From: Bacteroidota bacterium
GTDB lineage: Bacteria; Bacteroidota; Bacteroidia; UKL13-3
Direction of reading: 5' to 3'
DNA: 64,000 bases
Assembly: GCA_947491825.1 (NCBI GenBank)
Contig: CANLLM010000001.1
Location: 17,689 to 81,688 of the forward strand
The notes under the pieces are model-generated. The model had not been told where the DNA came from. It did not search any database and saw only the letters and a program-made list of their open reading frames with translations. Positions within the stretch are counted from its first letter, which is position 1. Every line of letters begins with the position of its first letter. Below are positions 19,413 to 29,646 of this stretch, in pieces. The translations under genes were made by a program, and so were the position numbers.

Positions 19413-20531
19413 CTAGCAATACACCCTCATCAATTGCCCTATCAATGCTTGGGGCGAAAACTTAGCCAACTGAATTTGCACCTTACCGTGGTTTATAGTG
19501 GAAGAGTCCTCATATTTAAAAAGTGCTGTTAACTGCTCGCTTGTTTCAAAATACTGTACAGCATCGCCACCTACTTCAGTTAGACTTGAGGTATTAGCTA
19601 CAGCTACTTTTACATCACTTCGCATGGCCTCTAAAACCGGAATTCCAAACCCCTCAAACTCGCTGGCATATATGGCCATGCTGGCATTTTGGTACAATGC
19701 TGGAAAATCAACAAAATCAGCACCTTCAATAAAATGAACCTTATCGGCTATTTGGTTTTGGTTGATGAATAGATGAAGTTCTTCAGCATAGTTAGTTTGT
19801 TTACCTACAAACACCAAATGTTTGTTTACGTTAGATTGATAAAATGCTTGCAATACCATAAGCTGTTTTTTACGTGGCTCTATAGTCCCTATGCAAATAA
19901 AATAAGATGAAGTCAAATCGTATTTTTTTCTCACAGCATCTAACTCTTGGCTTGATATTTTTTTGTCAAATTGTTCATCACAATTTTGGTACACTACTTC
20001 TATTTTTTGTGAATCAATTTCTAAAAACGACTGAATATCGGAGGCCGTTTGCTTACTGGCAGCCACTACCACATGGGCATCAAGACAAGCTTTAATAAAC
20101 TTACGTTTATAAATAAGTCTGTCAATTATTTTGTAATACTGTGGGTAACGCAAAAAAATTAAATCGTGAATGGTAACTATCGATTTTCCTTTAAAACTTT
20201 TTATGTTGGAAGGTAATTCATTACTTAAGCCATGATAAACATCAACCCCTAATTTATTAATCTTACCAGTTACACTGAAGGTGCGCCATAAAGCTTTGAA
20301 TGTTTTACCAAAAATATTTTGGGGCGAGATGACATGCACATTCGTATATCCTTCAACCAACTTGGTATACTCAGACTTAATAGATGGTGTAAATAAATAA
20401 AATACATGTTGCGGATATGCATCGAGCATGCCTTTAATCACAAACCTAGAATAGTTTCCTAATCCGGTATGGTTATTAAAAGCACGTTTCGCATCAAATG
20501 CTATTTTAAGTTGTGAGTTAGCTGTTGCCAA
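19413..20531 (-). CDS. Glycosyltransferase family 4 (GT-B, group 1).
   Basis: EX7E-type motif region …FEGFGIPVLEAMRSDVKVAVAN…. Confidence 0.8.
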   Translation of the reverse strand: MATANSQLKIAFDAKRAFNNHTGLGNYSRFVIKGMLDAYPQHVFYLFTPSIKSEYTKLVEGYTNVHVISPQNIFGKTFKALWRTFSVTGKINKLGVDVYHGLSNELPSNIKSFKGKSIVTIHDLIFLRYPQYYKIIDRLIYKRKFIKACLDAHVVVAASKQTASDIQSFLEIDSQKIEVVYQNCDEQFDKKISSQELDAVRKKYDLTSSYFICIGTIEPRKKQLMVLQAFYQSNVNKHLVFVGKQTNYAEELHLFINQNQIADKVHFIEGADFVDFPALYQNASMAIYASEFEGFGIPVLEAMRSDVKVAVANTSSLTEVGGDAVQYFETSEQLTALFKYEDSSTINHGKVQIQLAKFSPQALIGQLMRVYC

Positions 20532-20607
20532 GTTTAATTGTTATTTCTTTATTTATCGTTCTAAGTTTACGTTTGTTATCAAATTTCTACTACAGATCAT
20601 CTTCACA

Positions 20608-21420
20608 TTAAACCGCTACGCTGTGATCGCGCAATGCATCATTCAATGAGGTCTTTTTATCGGTTGATTCTTTACGTTTACCGATAATAATGGCACATGG
20701 TACTTGGTACTCTCCTGCAGGAAATTTCTTGGTGTAACTACCTGGAATAACCACACTACGAGCTGGAACAAGACCTTTGTATTCAATGGGAATATCACCT
20801 GTAACGTCTATTATTTTGGTACTCATGGTTATTATAACACCTGCGCCAAGTACAGCTTCTTTTTCAACCCTAACACCTTCTACAACTATACAACGTGAAC
20901 CAATAAAACAATTGTCTTCAATAATTACTGGTGCGGCTTGCACTGGTTCTAAAACACCGCCAATACCAACACCACCGCTTAAATGAACATGCTTGCCAAT
21001 TTGTGCGCAACTACCAACTGTAGCCCATGTATCTACCATGGTACCTTCATCTACATAAGCACCTATATTTACATAACTTGGCATCATAATTACTCCTTTT
21101 TGCAAAAATGCACCGTAACGAGCTACTGCATTTGGCACCACGCGCACACCTTGTTCAGCATAATTACTTTTCAATTTCATCTTATCATGAAACTCAAACG
21201 GACCTACTTCAATCGTTTCCATATGTTGAATTGGGAAATACATGATAACGGCTTTTTTCACCCAATCATTTACTTGCCAGCCTCCGGCAATAGGCTCTGC
21301 TGTGCGCAACTTGCCTTTATCTAACAGTTCTATTACCTCACGAATGGCAATTTGAGTATCAGCATCCTTTAATAATTCTCTATTATCCCAAGCTTTTTCT
21401 ATGGTGTGTTGTAAACTCAT
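20608..21420 (-). CDS. dapD: 2,3,4,5-tetrahydropyridine-2,6-dicarboxylate N-succinyltransferase.
   Basis: Left-handed beta-helix hexapeptide repeats and the N-terminal DapD pattern. 270 aa. Confidence 0.8.
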   Translation of the reverse strand: MSLQHTIEKAWDNRELLKDADTQIAIREVIELLDKGKLRTAEPIAGGWQVNDWVKKAVIMYFPIQHMETIEVGPFEFHDKMKLKSNYAEQGVRVVPNAVARYGAFLQKGVIMMPSYVNIGAYVDEGTMVDTWATVGSCAQIGKHVHLSGGVGIGGVLEPVQAAPVIIEDNCFIGSRCIVVEGVRVEKEAVLGAGVIITMSTKIIDVTGDIPIEYKGLVPARSVVIPGSYTKKFPAGEYQVPCAIIIGKRKESTDKKTSLNDALRDHSVAV

Positions 21421-21571
21421 GTAAGGTATCTTTAGTAGTTTTAAAGTCGTGAAATAACCACTAAGAAATTACTTACACAACTTTGCGTTCACAAAGTATT
21501 AAAATTATACCTTAAACTTGTAGTGTGGTTTGTGCAAATTGCAAACAAATCGACCCCAAAAAAGTTAAAAG

Positions 21572-23104
21572 ATGAAAATTCGTTCACCACGTAAACCTAA
21601 ATTAATAGAGCGGGCTGCAGAGCGTAGCGACTTTGAAGACATTATCAAACTGTCTAAAATTTGTTTCCCCGATTCAGAACCATGGAAACTTGAAATGTTA
21701 GAAAGTCAGTACAAAATATTTGCTGAAGGCATGCAGGTTATTGAGTATGAAGGTAAAATTGTTGGATCAGCGGCAAGTCTTATAGTGAGTTGGGATGAGT
21801 ATGATGACGACCATACCTGGAAAGAAATTTGTGATAATGGTTACATTACCAACCACGATGAAGAAGGCGATACGCTTTATGGTATTGAAGTAATGGTTCA
21901 CCAGGATTACCAAGGTTTGAAAATTGGAAGACGTTTGTATGACATGCGCAGGCAATTATGTGTAGACAAAAATTTAAAAGCTATTCTTATTGGGGGACGT
22001 TTGCCAAATTTCCACAAACACTCCGCTAAGTTCGGTATTCGAGCATATGTAAAACGTGTTATCGAGAAAAAAATTAAAGATCCTGTTCTTACTTTTCAAC
22101 TTTCACAGGGATTTACCATACAAAGATTAATAAAAGATTATTTGCCAGATGACCATGAGAGTGAAGGTTATGCAACTTTATTAGAATGGATTAACCTAGA
22201 TTATATACCAGAAACAAAAGAGCGTAGCGTATTAATGAAAAAAGTACGTGTTTGTGCTATACAATACGAGTTACGTAAAATAAAATCATTTAAAGAGTTT
22301 GCACAACAATGTGAATATTTTACGGATGTAGCGAGTAACTATAAAAGTGACTTTGCCTTGTTCCCTGAATTATTTACTACACAACTTTTATCATTACACG
22401 AGTATAAAAGTATGAGCCCTGAAGATAGTATTCGTAAGCTTGATGAGTACACAGAAGACTACATCAACTTATTTTCGCGCTTAAGTATGGAATACAACAT
22501 CAATATTATTGCTGGCACACATTTACAGGTAGAAAACGATAACTTATATAATATTAGTTACTTGTTTAAACGAGATGGTACATACGAAAAGCAATATAAA
22601 ATTCATATTACAAGTAATGAGGCCAAGTGGTGGGGAGTAAAACCTGGCAATGAAATAAAGGTATTTAATACCGATTGTGGCAAAGTGGCTATAAATGTTT
22701 GTTATGATGTGGAGTTTCCTGAGATGACACGTATTGCTTGCCAGAAAGGAGCTAAAATTCTATTTGTACCTTTTAGCACAGATGAAAAACATGGTCATTT
22801 ACGTGTTAAAATATGTGCTCAAAGTCGTGCTGTTGAGAACCAAATTTTTGTGGCCACAGCAGGTACAATTGGCAATATTCCTTCCGTAGATAATATGGAC
22901 ATTAACTATGCCCAATCAGGAATTTACACACCAAGTGATTTTGCATTTCCACCAGATGCAATAGCAGGTGAGTGCAGCACAAACATTGAAACAATTGTTA
23001 TTGCAGACTTAGATTTAGCTGCTATTGAGCGTGCGCGTAATACGGGGACCGTATTAAATTGGAAAGACAGGCGATTAGACATGTACGAAGTACAAGAAAA
23101 ATAA
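21572..23104 (+). CDS. Bifunctional GNAT-like N-terminal domain fused to a carbon-nitrogen hydrolase (nitrilase superfamily) domain.
   Basis: CN-hydrolase motifs (…VCAIQYE…, …ALFPELF…, …AINVCYDVEFPE… with the catalytic Cys). The N-terminal ~200 aa is acyl-CoA N-acyltransferase-like. Confidence 0.7.
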   Translation: MKIRSPRKPKLIERAAERSDFEDIIKLSKICFPDSEPWKLEMLESQYKIFAEGMQVIEYEGKIVGSAASLIVSWDEYDDDHTWKEICDNGYITNHDEEGDTLYGIEVMVHQDYQGLKIGRRLYDMRRQLCVDKNLKAILIGGRLPNFHKHSAKFGIRAYVKRVIEKKIKDPVLTFQLSQGFTIQRLIKDYLPDDHESEGYATLLEWINLDYIPETKERSVLMKKVRVCAIQYELRKIKSFKEFAQQCEYFTDVASNYKSDFALFPELFTTQLLSLHEYKSMSPEDSIRKLDEYTEDYINLFSRLSMEYNINIIAGTHLQVENDNLYNISYLFKRDGTYEKQYKIHITSNEAKWWGVKPGNEIKVFNTDCGKVAINVCYDVEFPEMTRIACQKGAKILFVPFSTDEKHGHLRVKICAQSRAVENQIFVATAGTIGNIPSVDNMDINYAQSGIYTPSDFAFPPDAIAGECSTNIETIVIADLDLAAIERARNTGTVLNWKDRRLDMYEVQEK

Positions 23105-23117
23105 CATCCATAAAAAA

Positions 23118-23148
23118 GAAGGCTGTCGTAATAACAGCCTCTTTTTTA
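23118..23148. terminator. Bidirectional terminator between the convergent genes ending at 23104 (+) and 23171 (-).
   Basis: GAAGGCTGT-cgtaata-ACAGCCTC followed by TTTTTTATTTT, preceded by an A-run. Confidence 0.75.
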
Positions 23149-23170
23149 TTTTAAATAAACAAGTTAGAAT

Positions 23171-23998
23171 TTATTCTGCCCCACCTTCGTTTTTATTTTC
23201 AATTAGCTTAAACACATCATAGCTAAAACCTGTATTACTAAAACCTCCATCATGGAAAAGATTTTGCATGGTTACCATCCGAGTAAAATCACTAAATAAA
23301 CTGAGGCAATACTCAGCACAAGCGTCAGCACTGGCGTTGCCTAATGGCGATAATGCATCAGCATAATCAAAAAAATCGCCAAAACCTTTAACACCACTAC
23401 CTGCTGTAGTTTTTGTAGGGCTTTGAGAAATGGTATTTACCCGCACTTTTTTCTCTTTGCCAAAACGGTAACCAAAACCACGAGCATAACTTTCTAATAA
23501 AGATTTGGCATCACCCATCTCATGGTAATCAGGAAAAACGCGTTGCGCACCAATGTAGGTTAATGCTACGATAGAACCCCAATCTTTCATTGCATCCTTC
23601 TTCCACAATGTTTGCATTAAACGGTGGAATGAAATAGATGAAATATCCAAGGTATCATGCATAAACTTATAATCTACATCAGCATAATCACGACCTTTAC
23701 GAATGTTTAAGCTCATGCCAACAGAGTGAAGCACAAAATCAACTTGTCCGCCTAGAATCTCCATTGATTTTTCGACTAAATTCTCCATGTCTTCTGTTTT
23801 AGAAACATCGCAAGAAATAACCTGAGCATTACCGCAATTGGCTGCAAGATTGTTAATTTCACCCATACGCATTGCGATAGGAGCGTTGGTCAATACAAAT
23901 TCAGCACCTTGCTCATGCGCTTTTAAAGCCACTTGCCAAGCAATAGACTTATCGTTTAGTGCACCGAATATGATGCCTTTTTTACCTTTTAATATCAT
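23171..23998 (-). CDS. fabI: Enoyl-[acyl-carrier-protein] reductase (NADH), FabI-type SDR.
   Basis: MILKGKKGIIFGALNDKSIAWQVA… is a canonical FabI N-terminus. Downstream catalytic motifs …Y…M…K… are present (YIGAQRVFPDYHEMGDAKSLLES). The start was set at the internal ATG. Confidence 0.9.
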   Translation of the reverse strand: MILKGKKGIIFGALNDKSIAWQVALKAHEQGAEFVLTNAPIAMRMGEINNLAANCGNAQVISCDVSKTEDMENLVEKSMEILGGQVDFVLHSVGMSLNIRKGRDYADVDYKFMHDTLDISSISFHRLMQTLWKKDAMKDWGSIVALTYIGAQRVFPDYHEMGDAKSLLESYARGFGYRFGKEKKVRVNTISQSPTKTTAGSGVKGFGDFFDYADALSPLGNASADACAEYCLSLFSDFTRMVTMQNLFHDGGFSNTGFSYDVFKLIENKNEGGAE

Positions 23999-24098
23999 AT
24001 TATTGTTAGTTTTCGGATTGATAATTAATTTGACCAAACATGGTTGATTATCTTTAATCTTTTGCAATTTTATACATTTTCCGCTTACATTTGGTAAA

Positions 24099-25751
24099 AT
24101 GATTTTAAGTAAACGTAACTTACTGTTTTTATTTTATTTAGTAAATTGTCTCAACTCATTCGGACATCCACCAAGGGGTTTCGATAAATACGATTATTTG
24201 CACGGCAAACTAAACAATAACCGCACTTGGTTTGATGTTACCATGTACGACATTACATTAAAAGTAACACCTGATAAAAAACATATTCAAGGTCATAACA
24301 ACATTTCATACAAGGTACTGAAGCCTGCCAATTTGATGCAGTTAGACATTCATGGCTTAATTAAAATAGATAGTATACTGTATGATCATAAGCATTTGAA
24401 TTTTATCCGAGATAGCAGCATCATACTTATCAAAATGCCGCATCAACGAAAAAACAGCAATCATCAATTGCTTGTTTACTTTAGTGGGAATCCATTAATT
24501 GCAAAAAAAGCCCCTTGGGACGGGGGCTTTGTGTTTACAAAAGATAGTAGTGGTAACGATTGGGTTGGATTAGCATGTCAGGGTTTAGGCGCTAGCACAT
24601 GGCTGCCATGTAAAGACCATTTAAGCGATGAAGCAGATAGTGTAAACATCAATCTACAAGTACCGTCCCGATTAATAGGAGTAAGTAATGGAAAACTTAT
24701 TGATTCAGTCAACCTAAATAATGGATACACCGAATTTAGGTGGCAGGTAAGATACCCAATTAATAATTACAACATAACAGTAAACATCGGTAACTACAAA
24801 CATTTTAGTGACGAATATGCTGCAAAGTATAACAACATCAATAAACCACTTTCATTAGATTATTATGTGCTTGATTACAACTTAAGCAAGGCACAAAAAC
24901 ATTTTGAACAAGTTAAAACCATGATGGCTTGTTACGAAAAATATTTTGGCCCTTACCCTTTTTGGAATGATGGCTATAAATTAGTTGAAACACCTTATTG
25001 GGGAATGGAACACCAAAGCGCAGTAAGCTATGGTAACGATTATAGCAATACACGTTGGGATTTTGATTTTATCATCATTCATGAAAGTGCACACGAATGG
25101 TTTGGAAATAGCATTACATCATCTGACCCAGCAGAACTTTGGTTGCACGAGAGTTTCACTACCCATGCAGAAGCTGTTTTTGTGGAATGTAATATGGATA
25201 AAGATGCAGCACACAAGTACCTCAAAATGCAAAAAAGGAACATAGAGAATAAACAACCCTTATTGGGTAAATCCAACGTTTATTTTCATGACTTCGAAGA
25301 CAATGACATATACTACAAAGGTAGCTGGATGTTATATACCATAAGGCACGTTATAGATAATGACACCATATGGTTTAATAGCTTATTAGACTATTGCAAT
25401 ACATTTAAATACACTAACATAAGCACCAAACAATGTATAGATTTTTGGATAAACAGAACAGGTAAAAATTTAGCACCCATTTTTGAACAATATTTAACAC
25501 AAGCCAATCTTCCTATTTTAGAGTACAGCTTAACACCCGGAGAAAATGAAATGCTTGAATTAAAATACCGTTGGGTTAATGTGGTAAAGGGGTTTGAAAT
25601 GCCCGTTGAAGCAACCATATCAAAAAACGATTATCAACCTCTAGCACCAACAACAAAATGGCGCGTTGTTGATTTAAATTTCTTAGACCCAAAAGAATTT
25701 AAAATTAAAACAGAATATTACTTAATTGAAACCCGACAACTAAAAAACTAA
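24099..25751 (+). CDS. M1 family zinc metallopeptidase (aminopeptidase N-like).
   Basis: HESAHEWFGN followed by …WLHESF… (HExxH-x18/19-E). Signal-like N-terminus. Confidence 0.75.
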   Translation: MILSKRNLLFLFYLVNCLNSFGHPPRGFDKYDYLHGKLNNNRTWFDVTMYDITLKVTPDKKHIQGHNNISYKVLKPANLMQLDIHGLIKIDSILYDHKHLNFIRDSSIILIKMPHQRKNSNHQLLVYFSGNPLIAKKAPWDGGFVFTKDSSGNDWVGLACQGLGASTWLPCKDHLSDEADSVNINLQVPSRLIGVSNGKLIDSVNLNNGYTEFRWQVRYPINNYNITVNIGNYKHFSDEYAAKYNNINKPLSLDYYVLDYNLSKAQKHFEQVKTMMACYEKYFGPYPFWNDGYKLVETPYWGMEHQSAVSYGNDYSNTRWDFDFIIIHESAHEWFGNSITSSDPAELWLHESFTTHAEAVFVECNMDKDAAHKYLKMQKRNIENKQPLLGKSNVYFHDFEDNDIYYKGSWMLYTIRHVIDNDTIWFNSLLDYCNTFKYTNISTKQCIDFWINRTGKNLAPIFEQYLTQANLPILEYSLTPGENEMLELKYRWVNVVKGFEMPVEATISKNDYQPLAPTTKWRVVDLNFLDPKEFKIKTEYYLIETRQLKN

Positions 25752-25756
25752 AGACA

Positions 25757-27088
25757 TTAAGGCATTGGCATTTCTAGGATTGTAGTAATGTAATATGCAA
25801 AAAGGGTTACTAAAGAGTATATTAAATGCTCCACCCAGGGTGTATATTTTCTGTAATCTATACCCTGCATTTTACAGTAAATAGCCAACATTATTTTTTC
25901 TATAATGTATGATAGCACAGTGGCATAAGCAATTCCTGTTATCCCGAATAGATAAATAAACCAAAACGAAAGTAAGCAGTGAATAACAATATAATTTGAG
26001 GATATGAGGTAGAAGATTTTGTTCTTCATTATACCCATAATTACAGTTTGCGGGTATATCATGCGGCTAATAATGAGCAATAAGTATATGTTAAATATTT
26101 TATATCCAGCCATTAGCTCTTCGTTATAAGCATACTTGAATAAGTAAGGACTTAAAAACATTAATGCAATTGTTGATGGAAATAACCAACGCATTAGCTT
26201 TTGAGATGATTTTTTTAGTTTAGATAGTCCTTCGTCTAGCTTTTCTGACGCATTTGATTTAGCAATTTCACCACTATAAACATTACTTAAAGAGTTTGCT
26301 AAAATTAAAAATATTGGCAACTCTCTGGCTGCATACCTATACATGGCAAATTCTTCATCAGTAAAATTAAACTCAATAATATAACTATTAATGTACTCCA
26401 TACTTCCGGCCAATAGTATTGAGAACATAATAGGTAAAACCCGCCTCATCAAATCAATGGTTAATGATTTTTGCACCGTAATGGTGGCATATTTCATTAA
26501 CAAAATAATGGTGTAATTAAACTTTAGCAACGAAAGCACCAATAGCAAGTTTATGGCTAAATTTAAGGATTGTTTAAAATATAAAGGTAAACACAACATC
26601 AGTATCTGAGCAAAAAAAGTAACGGTACCCCAGATAATTAAAGACTTGTATTTTTCATTCAAATAAAAAATATAATCTGTGATGTAGGTTGGTGTGTTTA
26701 ACAGCACCACTAAGGCAAACATTTGAAAAAGATTTTTATCCTTATCGTGCAAAAAACCCATAGATGCAACAATAATGGCAGCCACAATTGAGAATACCAA
26801 TAACAAGAAAAATGTACTGAAGAGCACTTTCTTCCTTAGTTCTGGCTCTGAGTTATTATAATAAGGAATAAGGGTATTAGTGATTGCAGCAACCCAAAAA
26901 AAAGTTAAGCTAGAAGTAACCAACATTAGGTTCTCATATTGGCTTATTAAGCGTAACCCATATTCATGTTGGTATAGTATAGCAATTTTAGCTAGCAAAA
27001 TAGAAATAAGGAACATGGTTCCAAACCTCAAAAAATGATAGATTTGTAAACTATTAAACTTATTTAGTTTGCTCCAGATAAATGACAC
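25757..27088 (-). CDS. Polysaccharide biosynthesis / oligosaccharide flippase (MOP/Wzx-like) membrane protein.
   Basis: About 12 TM helices, 443 aa, and the typical length and hydropathy pattern. No sharper motif was found. Confidence 0.5.
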   Translation of the reverse strand: MSFIWSKLNKFNSLQIYHFLRFGTMFLISILLAKIAILYQHEYGLRLISQYENLMLVTSSLTFFWVAAITNTLIPYYNNSEPELRKKVLFSTFFLLLVFSIVAAIIVASMGFLHDKDKNLFQMFALVVLLNTPTYITDYIFYLNEKYKSLIIWGTVTFFAQILMLCLPLYFKQSLNLAINLLLVLSLLKFNYTIILLMKYATITVQKSLTIDLMRRVLPIMFSILLAGSMEYINSYIIEFNFTDEEFAMYRYAARELPIFLILANSLSNVYSGEIAKSNASEKLDEGLSKLKKSSQKLMRWLFPSTIALMFLSPYLFKYAYNEELMAGYKIFNIYLLLIISRMIYPQTVIMGIMKNKIFYLISSNYIVIHCLLSFWFIYLFGITGIAYATVLSYIIEKIMLAIYCKMQGIDYRKYTPWVEHLIYSLVTLFAYYITTILEMPMP

Positions 27089-27231
27089 AGATACGGATTA
27101 AATATATTCAAATAACCAATTTAACAATAACTTAACCAAATTATTGTTAGTGATGTTGAGTTTGGCATCATATTGAGTTTATTTTTTTATGAAACAATAG
27201 TATTGTAGCTTCGCCTGTAAATTGTATTGTT

Positions 27232-27957
27232 ATGAAATCAAATAGAAAAGACTTTTTAAAAACGGGTGCTATTTTAGCTGCAGGTGCATCCTTGTACAGA
27301 CCTGCTGTAAAAGCCGCAATCAATACAATAAACCAATTTACCAACGATGGCTTGTTTACTTTGCCAAAGCTGCCTTATGCATACAATGCGCTTGAACCAT
27401 TTATAGATATGCAAACGATGGAAATACATCATAGCAAACATCATCAGGCATATGTAAACAACTTAAACACTGCAATTGCCAAAGCAGCCTCTTTAAAAGG
27501 TAAGAGTGTGGAGGAATTAATCGCAACAATTGATAAATTACCTGAAAACGTTCGCACAGCTATAAGAAATAATGGAGGTGGGCATTGGAATCACGCATTC
27601 TTTTGGCAACTACTTAAAACAGGAACAATGCCAAGTGAAAAAATGACCAACCTAATTACCAAAAACTTTGGATCAATAGATGAGTTTAAAAAACAATTCG
27701 AGAAGGCAGCATTAGGACAATTTGGTTCAGGTTGGGCTTGGTTGATAAAACAAGGTGATAAACTAATCGTCACTTCAACCCCGAATCAAGATAACCCTTT
27801 AATGGATATTGCAACCGTAAAAGGCAATCCAATTATTGGACTAGATTTATGGGAACACGCCTATTATCTAAAATATCAAAATAAAAGAGTGGAGTATACA
27901 CAAGCTTTTTGGAGCATTTTAAATTGGGAAAAGGTTGAGCAACTGCTAGATGCATAA
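27232..27957 (+). CDS. sodA: Fe/Mn superoxide dismutase with a Tat-type signal peptide.
   Basis: …LPYAYNALEPFIDMQTMEIHHSKHHQAYVNNLN… and …DLWEHAYYL…. The N-terminus RKDFLKTGAILAAGASL is twin-arginine-like. Confidence 0.9.
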   Translation: MKSNRKDFLKTGAILAAGASLYRPAVKAAINTINQFTNDGLFTLPKLPYAYNALEPFIDMQTMEIHHSKHHQAYVNNLNTAIAKAASLKGKSVEELIATIDKLPENVRTAIRNNGGGHWNHAFFWQLLKTGTMPSEKMTNLITKNFGSIDEFKKQFEKAALGQFGSGWAWLIKQGDKLIVTSTPNQDNPLMDIATVKGNPIIGLDLWEHAYYLKYQNKRVEYTQAFWSILNWEKVEQLLDA

Positions 27958-28015
27958 ACTTTAAAAAATTGGTTGGCATTTGTAGAAAATATTTTTACTT
28001 TTGACAGCCTAAAAT

Positions 28016-28090
28016 GGTGGTTTTAGCTCAGCTGGTTAGAGCGCCTGATTGTGGTTCAGGAGGTCGTGGGTTCGAGCCCCATATTCCACC
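28016..28090 (+). tRNA. tRNA-His, anticodon GTG, with the G-1:C73 identity pair. The acceptor stem carries two U-U mismatches.
   Basis: Manual fold: G-1, acceptor GTGGTTT/ATTCCAC (positions 5:68 and 6:67 are T-T), D stem GCTC/GAGC, anticodon stem CCTGA/TCAGG with loop TTGTGGT, T-loop TTCGAGC, discriminator C. Confidence 0.75.
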
Positions 28091-28099
28091 CAACATTTA

Positions 28100-28131
28100 A
28101 AAAAGTTTCACTTGAACGTGAAACTTTTTTT
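28100..28131 (+). terminator. Rho-independent terminator after tRNA-His.
   Basis: AGTTTCAC-ttgaac-GTGAAACT followed by TTTTTTT. Confidence 0.8.
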
Positions 28132-28322
28132 GTATTAGTCATATTAAGTCTTCCATATCTAATTCAACTAGTGGTGTATTAAATACTATATTTTATCCTA
28201 ATCTATAAATGTAGAACTTCTTACTCAATGCAAAATCAATTAGTCACTAGTTAGAGATAGAATAGCAAATTCAACATCGATATCTAAATAACTTATTTAC
28301 TAAAGAGCTATATTGCATCCAA

Positions 28323-29162
28323 ATGATTACAAGAAAACTATATTATAGTTTAACTCCGAAATTGCGTAGAGTGGCTCGTAGGATGATTTACCTTCCGATA
28401 GATTTATTGTCTTTTTTATCGGGCAATCGAAATCCAATGATACCACCCAAAGGAATGATTTTCACGGGCTCAGGAGACTTTGAAAAGTCGGGCAATGACC
28501 TAGTGAAATTAGGTATTGATTATGCAAATTTTAAGCCCGACAGTGCTATATTAGATATTGGATGCGGCATTGGTAGATTAGCGATTCCGCTAACGCGATA
28601 TCTAAACGCAAATGGCAAATATGAAGGGTTTGATGTGGTAGCGGACGGTATTGATTGGTGTAAAGAAAAAGTAAGTAGTAAATATCCTAATTTTAATTTC
28701 ATTTACACCCCACTAAGAAACGATTTATATAATTTAGATGCCCAACAACAAGCTGCACATTTTATATTCCCATATCCCGATAACACATTTGATACAGTTG
28801 TATTGACTTCTGTATTCACGCACATGCAGCAAGCTGAAGTACAACACTACTTAAAAGAAATAAAACGCGTTTTAAAGCCCGGGGGGCATTGCATGTCAAC
28901 ATTCTTCATATTAGAAGAAAACACACCGGAAATCTTAAATCGAAACCCTCAGCTTATGCAATTTAAGTTTGAGTATGACACCTACTATTTGCATGATAAC
29001 AAAGTAAAAGATGCCAATATTGCCTTTAAGGCTGTCGCAATAAAGAACATGGCGCAAGAAGCAAATTTAACGATTAAGCTACTAAACCACGGTTGGTGGA
29101 AAGGATCAGATAAATCGCAGAGTTTAAACTATCAAGACTTATTGATTTTTGTACATCAATAA
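28323..29162 (+). CDS. Class I SAM-dependent methyltransferase.
   Basis: Motif I ILDIGCGIGRLA, motif II …GFDVV…, and post-I/III-type patterns. Confidence 0.8.
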   Translation: MITRKLYYSLTPKLRRVARRMIYLPIDLLSFLSGNRNPMIPPKGMIFTGSGDFEKSGNDLVKLGIDYANFKPDSAILDIGCGIGRLAIPLTRYLNANGKYEGFDVVADGIDWCKEKVSSKYPNFNFIYTPLRNDLYNLDAQQQAAHFIFPYPDNTFDTVVLTSVFTHMQQAEVQHYLKEIKRVLKPGGHCMSTFFILEENTPEILNRNPQLMQFKFEYDTYYLHDNKVKDANIAFKAVAIKNMAQEANLTIKLLNHGWWKGSDKSQSLNYQDLLIFVHQ

Positions 29163-29204
29163 TTTTTACAATCTGTTTTTTTGAAGTATAGTACTCAATA
29201 AATA

Positions 29205-29240
29205 ACAAAAAAAACGACCAATTGCATGCAGTTGGTCGTT
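29205..29240 (-). terminator. Terminator for the minus-strand RRM gene. On the minus strand it reads hairpin + T8.
   Basis: CGACCAA-ttgcatgcag-TTGGTCG, preceded on the + strand by A8. Confidence 0.7.
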
Positions 29241-29262
29241 TCGCGTTAATGTTGTTACACTT

Positions 29263-29646
29263 TTAGTAACGGCTTCCACCATCATTACCACCACGGTTGT
29301 AACCACCACGGTCACCACCACCACGGTTGTAACCGCCACGGTCACCACCACGATCACCACCACGATTAAAACCACCACCTGAACGGGGACGGTTATTATC
29401 GAAAGTACGCTCGCGAGCTTCGTTAACTTTGATGCTGCGCTGTGCAACTTCAACGTCATTCAAACCGTTAATAGCATTGTTTGCTTCAGCGTCATTAGGC
29501 ATTTCAACAAATGCAAAGCCTTTACTGCGACCGGTAAATTTGTCAGTCATAATTTTAACTGATGCAACTTCACCGTAAGGGGTAAAGACGTCTTTTAAAT
29601 CGTTCTCGCTCAAATCATATGAGAGATTACCAACGTAGATTTTCAT
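29263..29646 (-). CDS. RRM-type RNA-binding protein with a C-terminal Gly/Arg-rich (GGDRGGY) tail.
   Basis: RNP-2 IYVGNL and RNP-1 KGFAFVEM. Tail …GGDRGGDRGGYNRGGGDRGGYNRGG…. The start is at the internal ATG at 29646, because the longer track ORF adds a non-protein-like N-terminus. Confidence 0.85.
   Translation of the reverse strand: MKIYVGNLSYDLSENDLKDVFTPYGEVASVKIMTDKFTGRSKGFAFVEMPNDAEANNAINGLNDVEVAQRSIKVNEARERTFDNNRPRSGGGFNRGGDRGGDRGGYNRGGGDRGGYNRGGNDGGSRY

Noticed and set aside
29166-29459. 97-aa minus-strand ORF rich in V/T (VVVTVAVTTVVVV…).
   Set aside because: It is encoded by the GGDRGG repeat DNA in the tail of the RRM protein, read in a different frame. The repetitive, low-complexity composition marks it as an overlapping-frame artefact rather than a gene.
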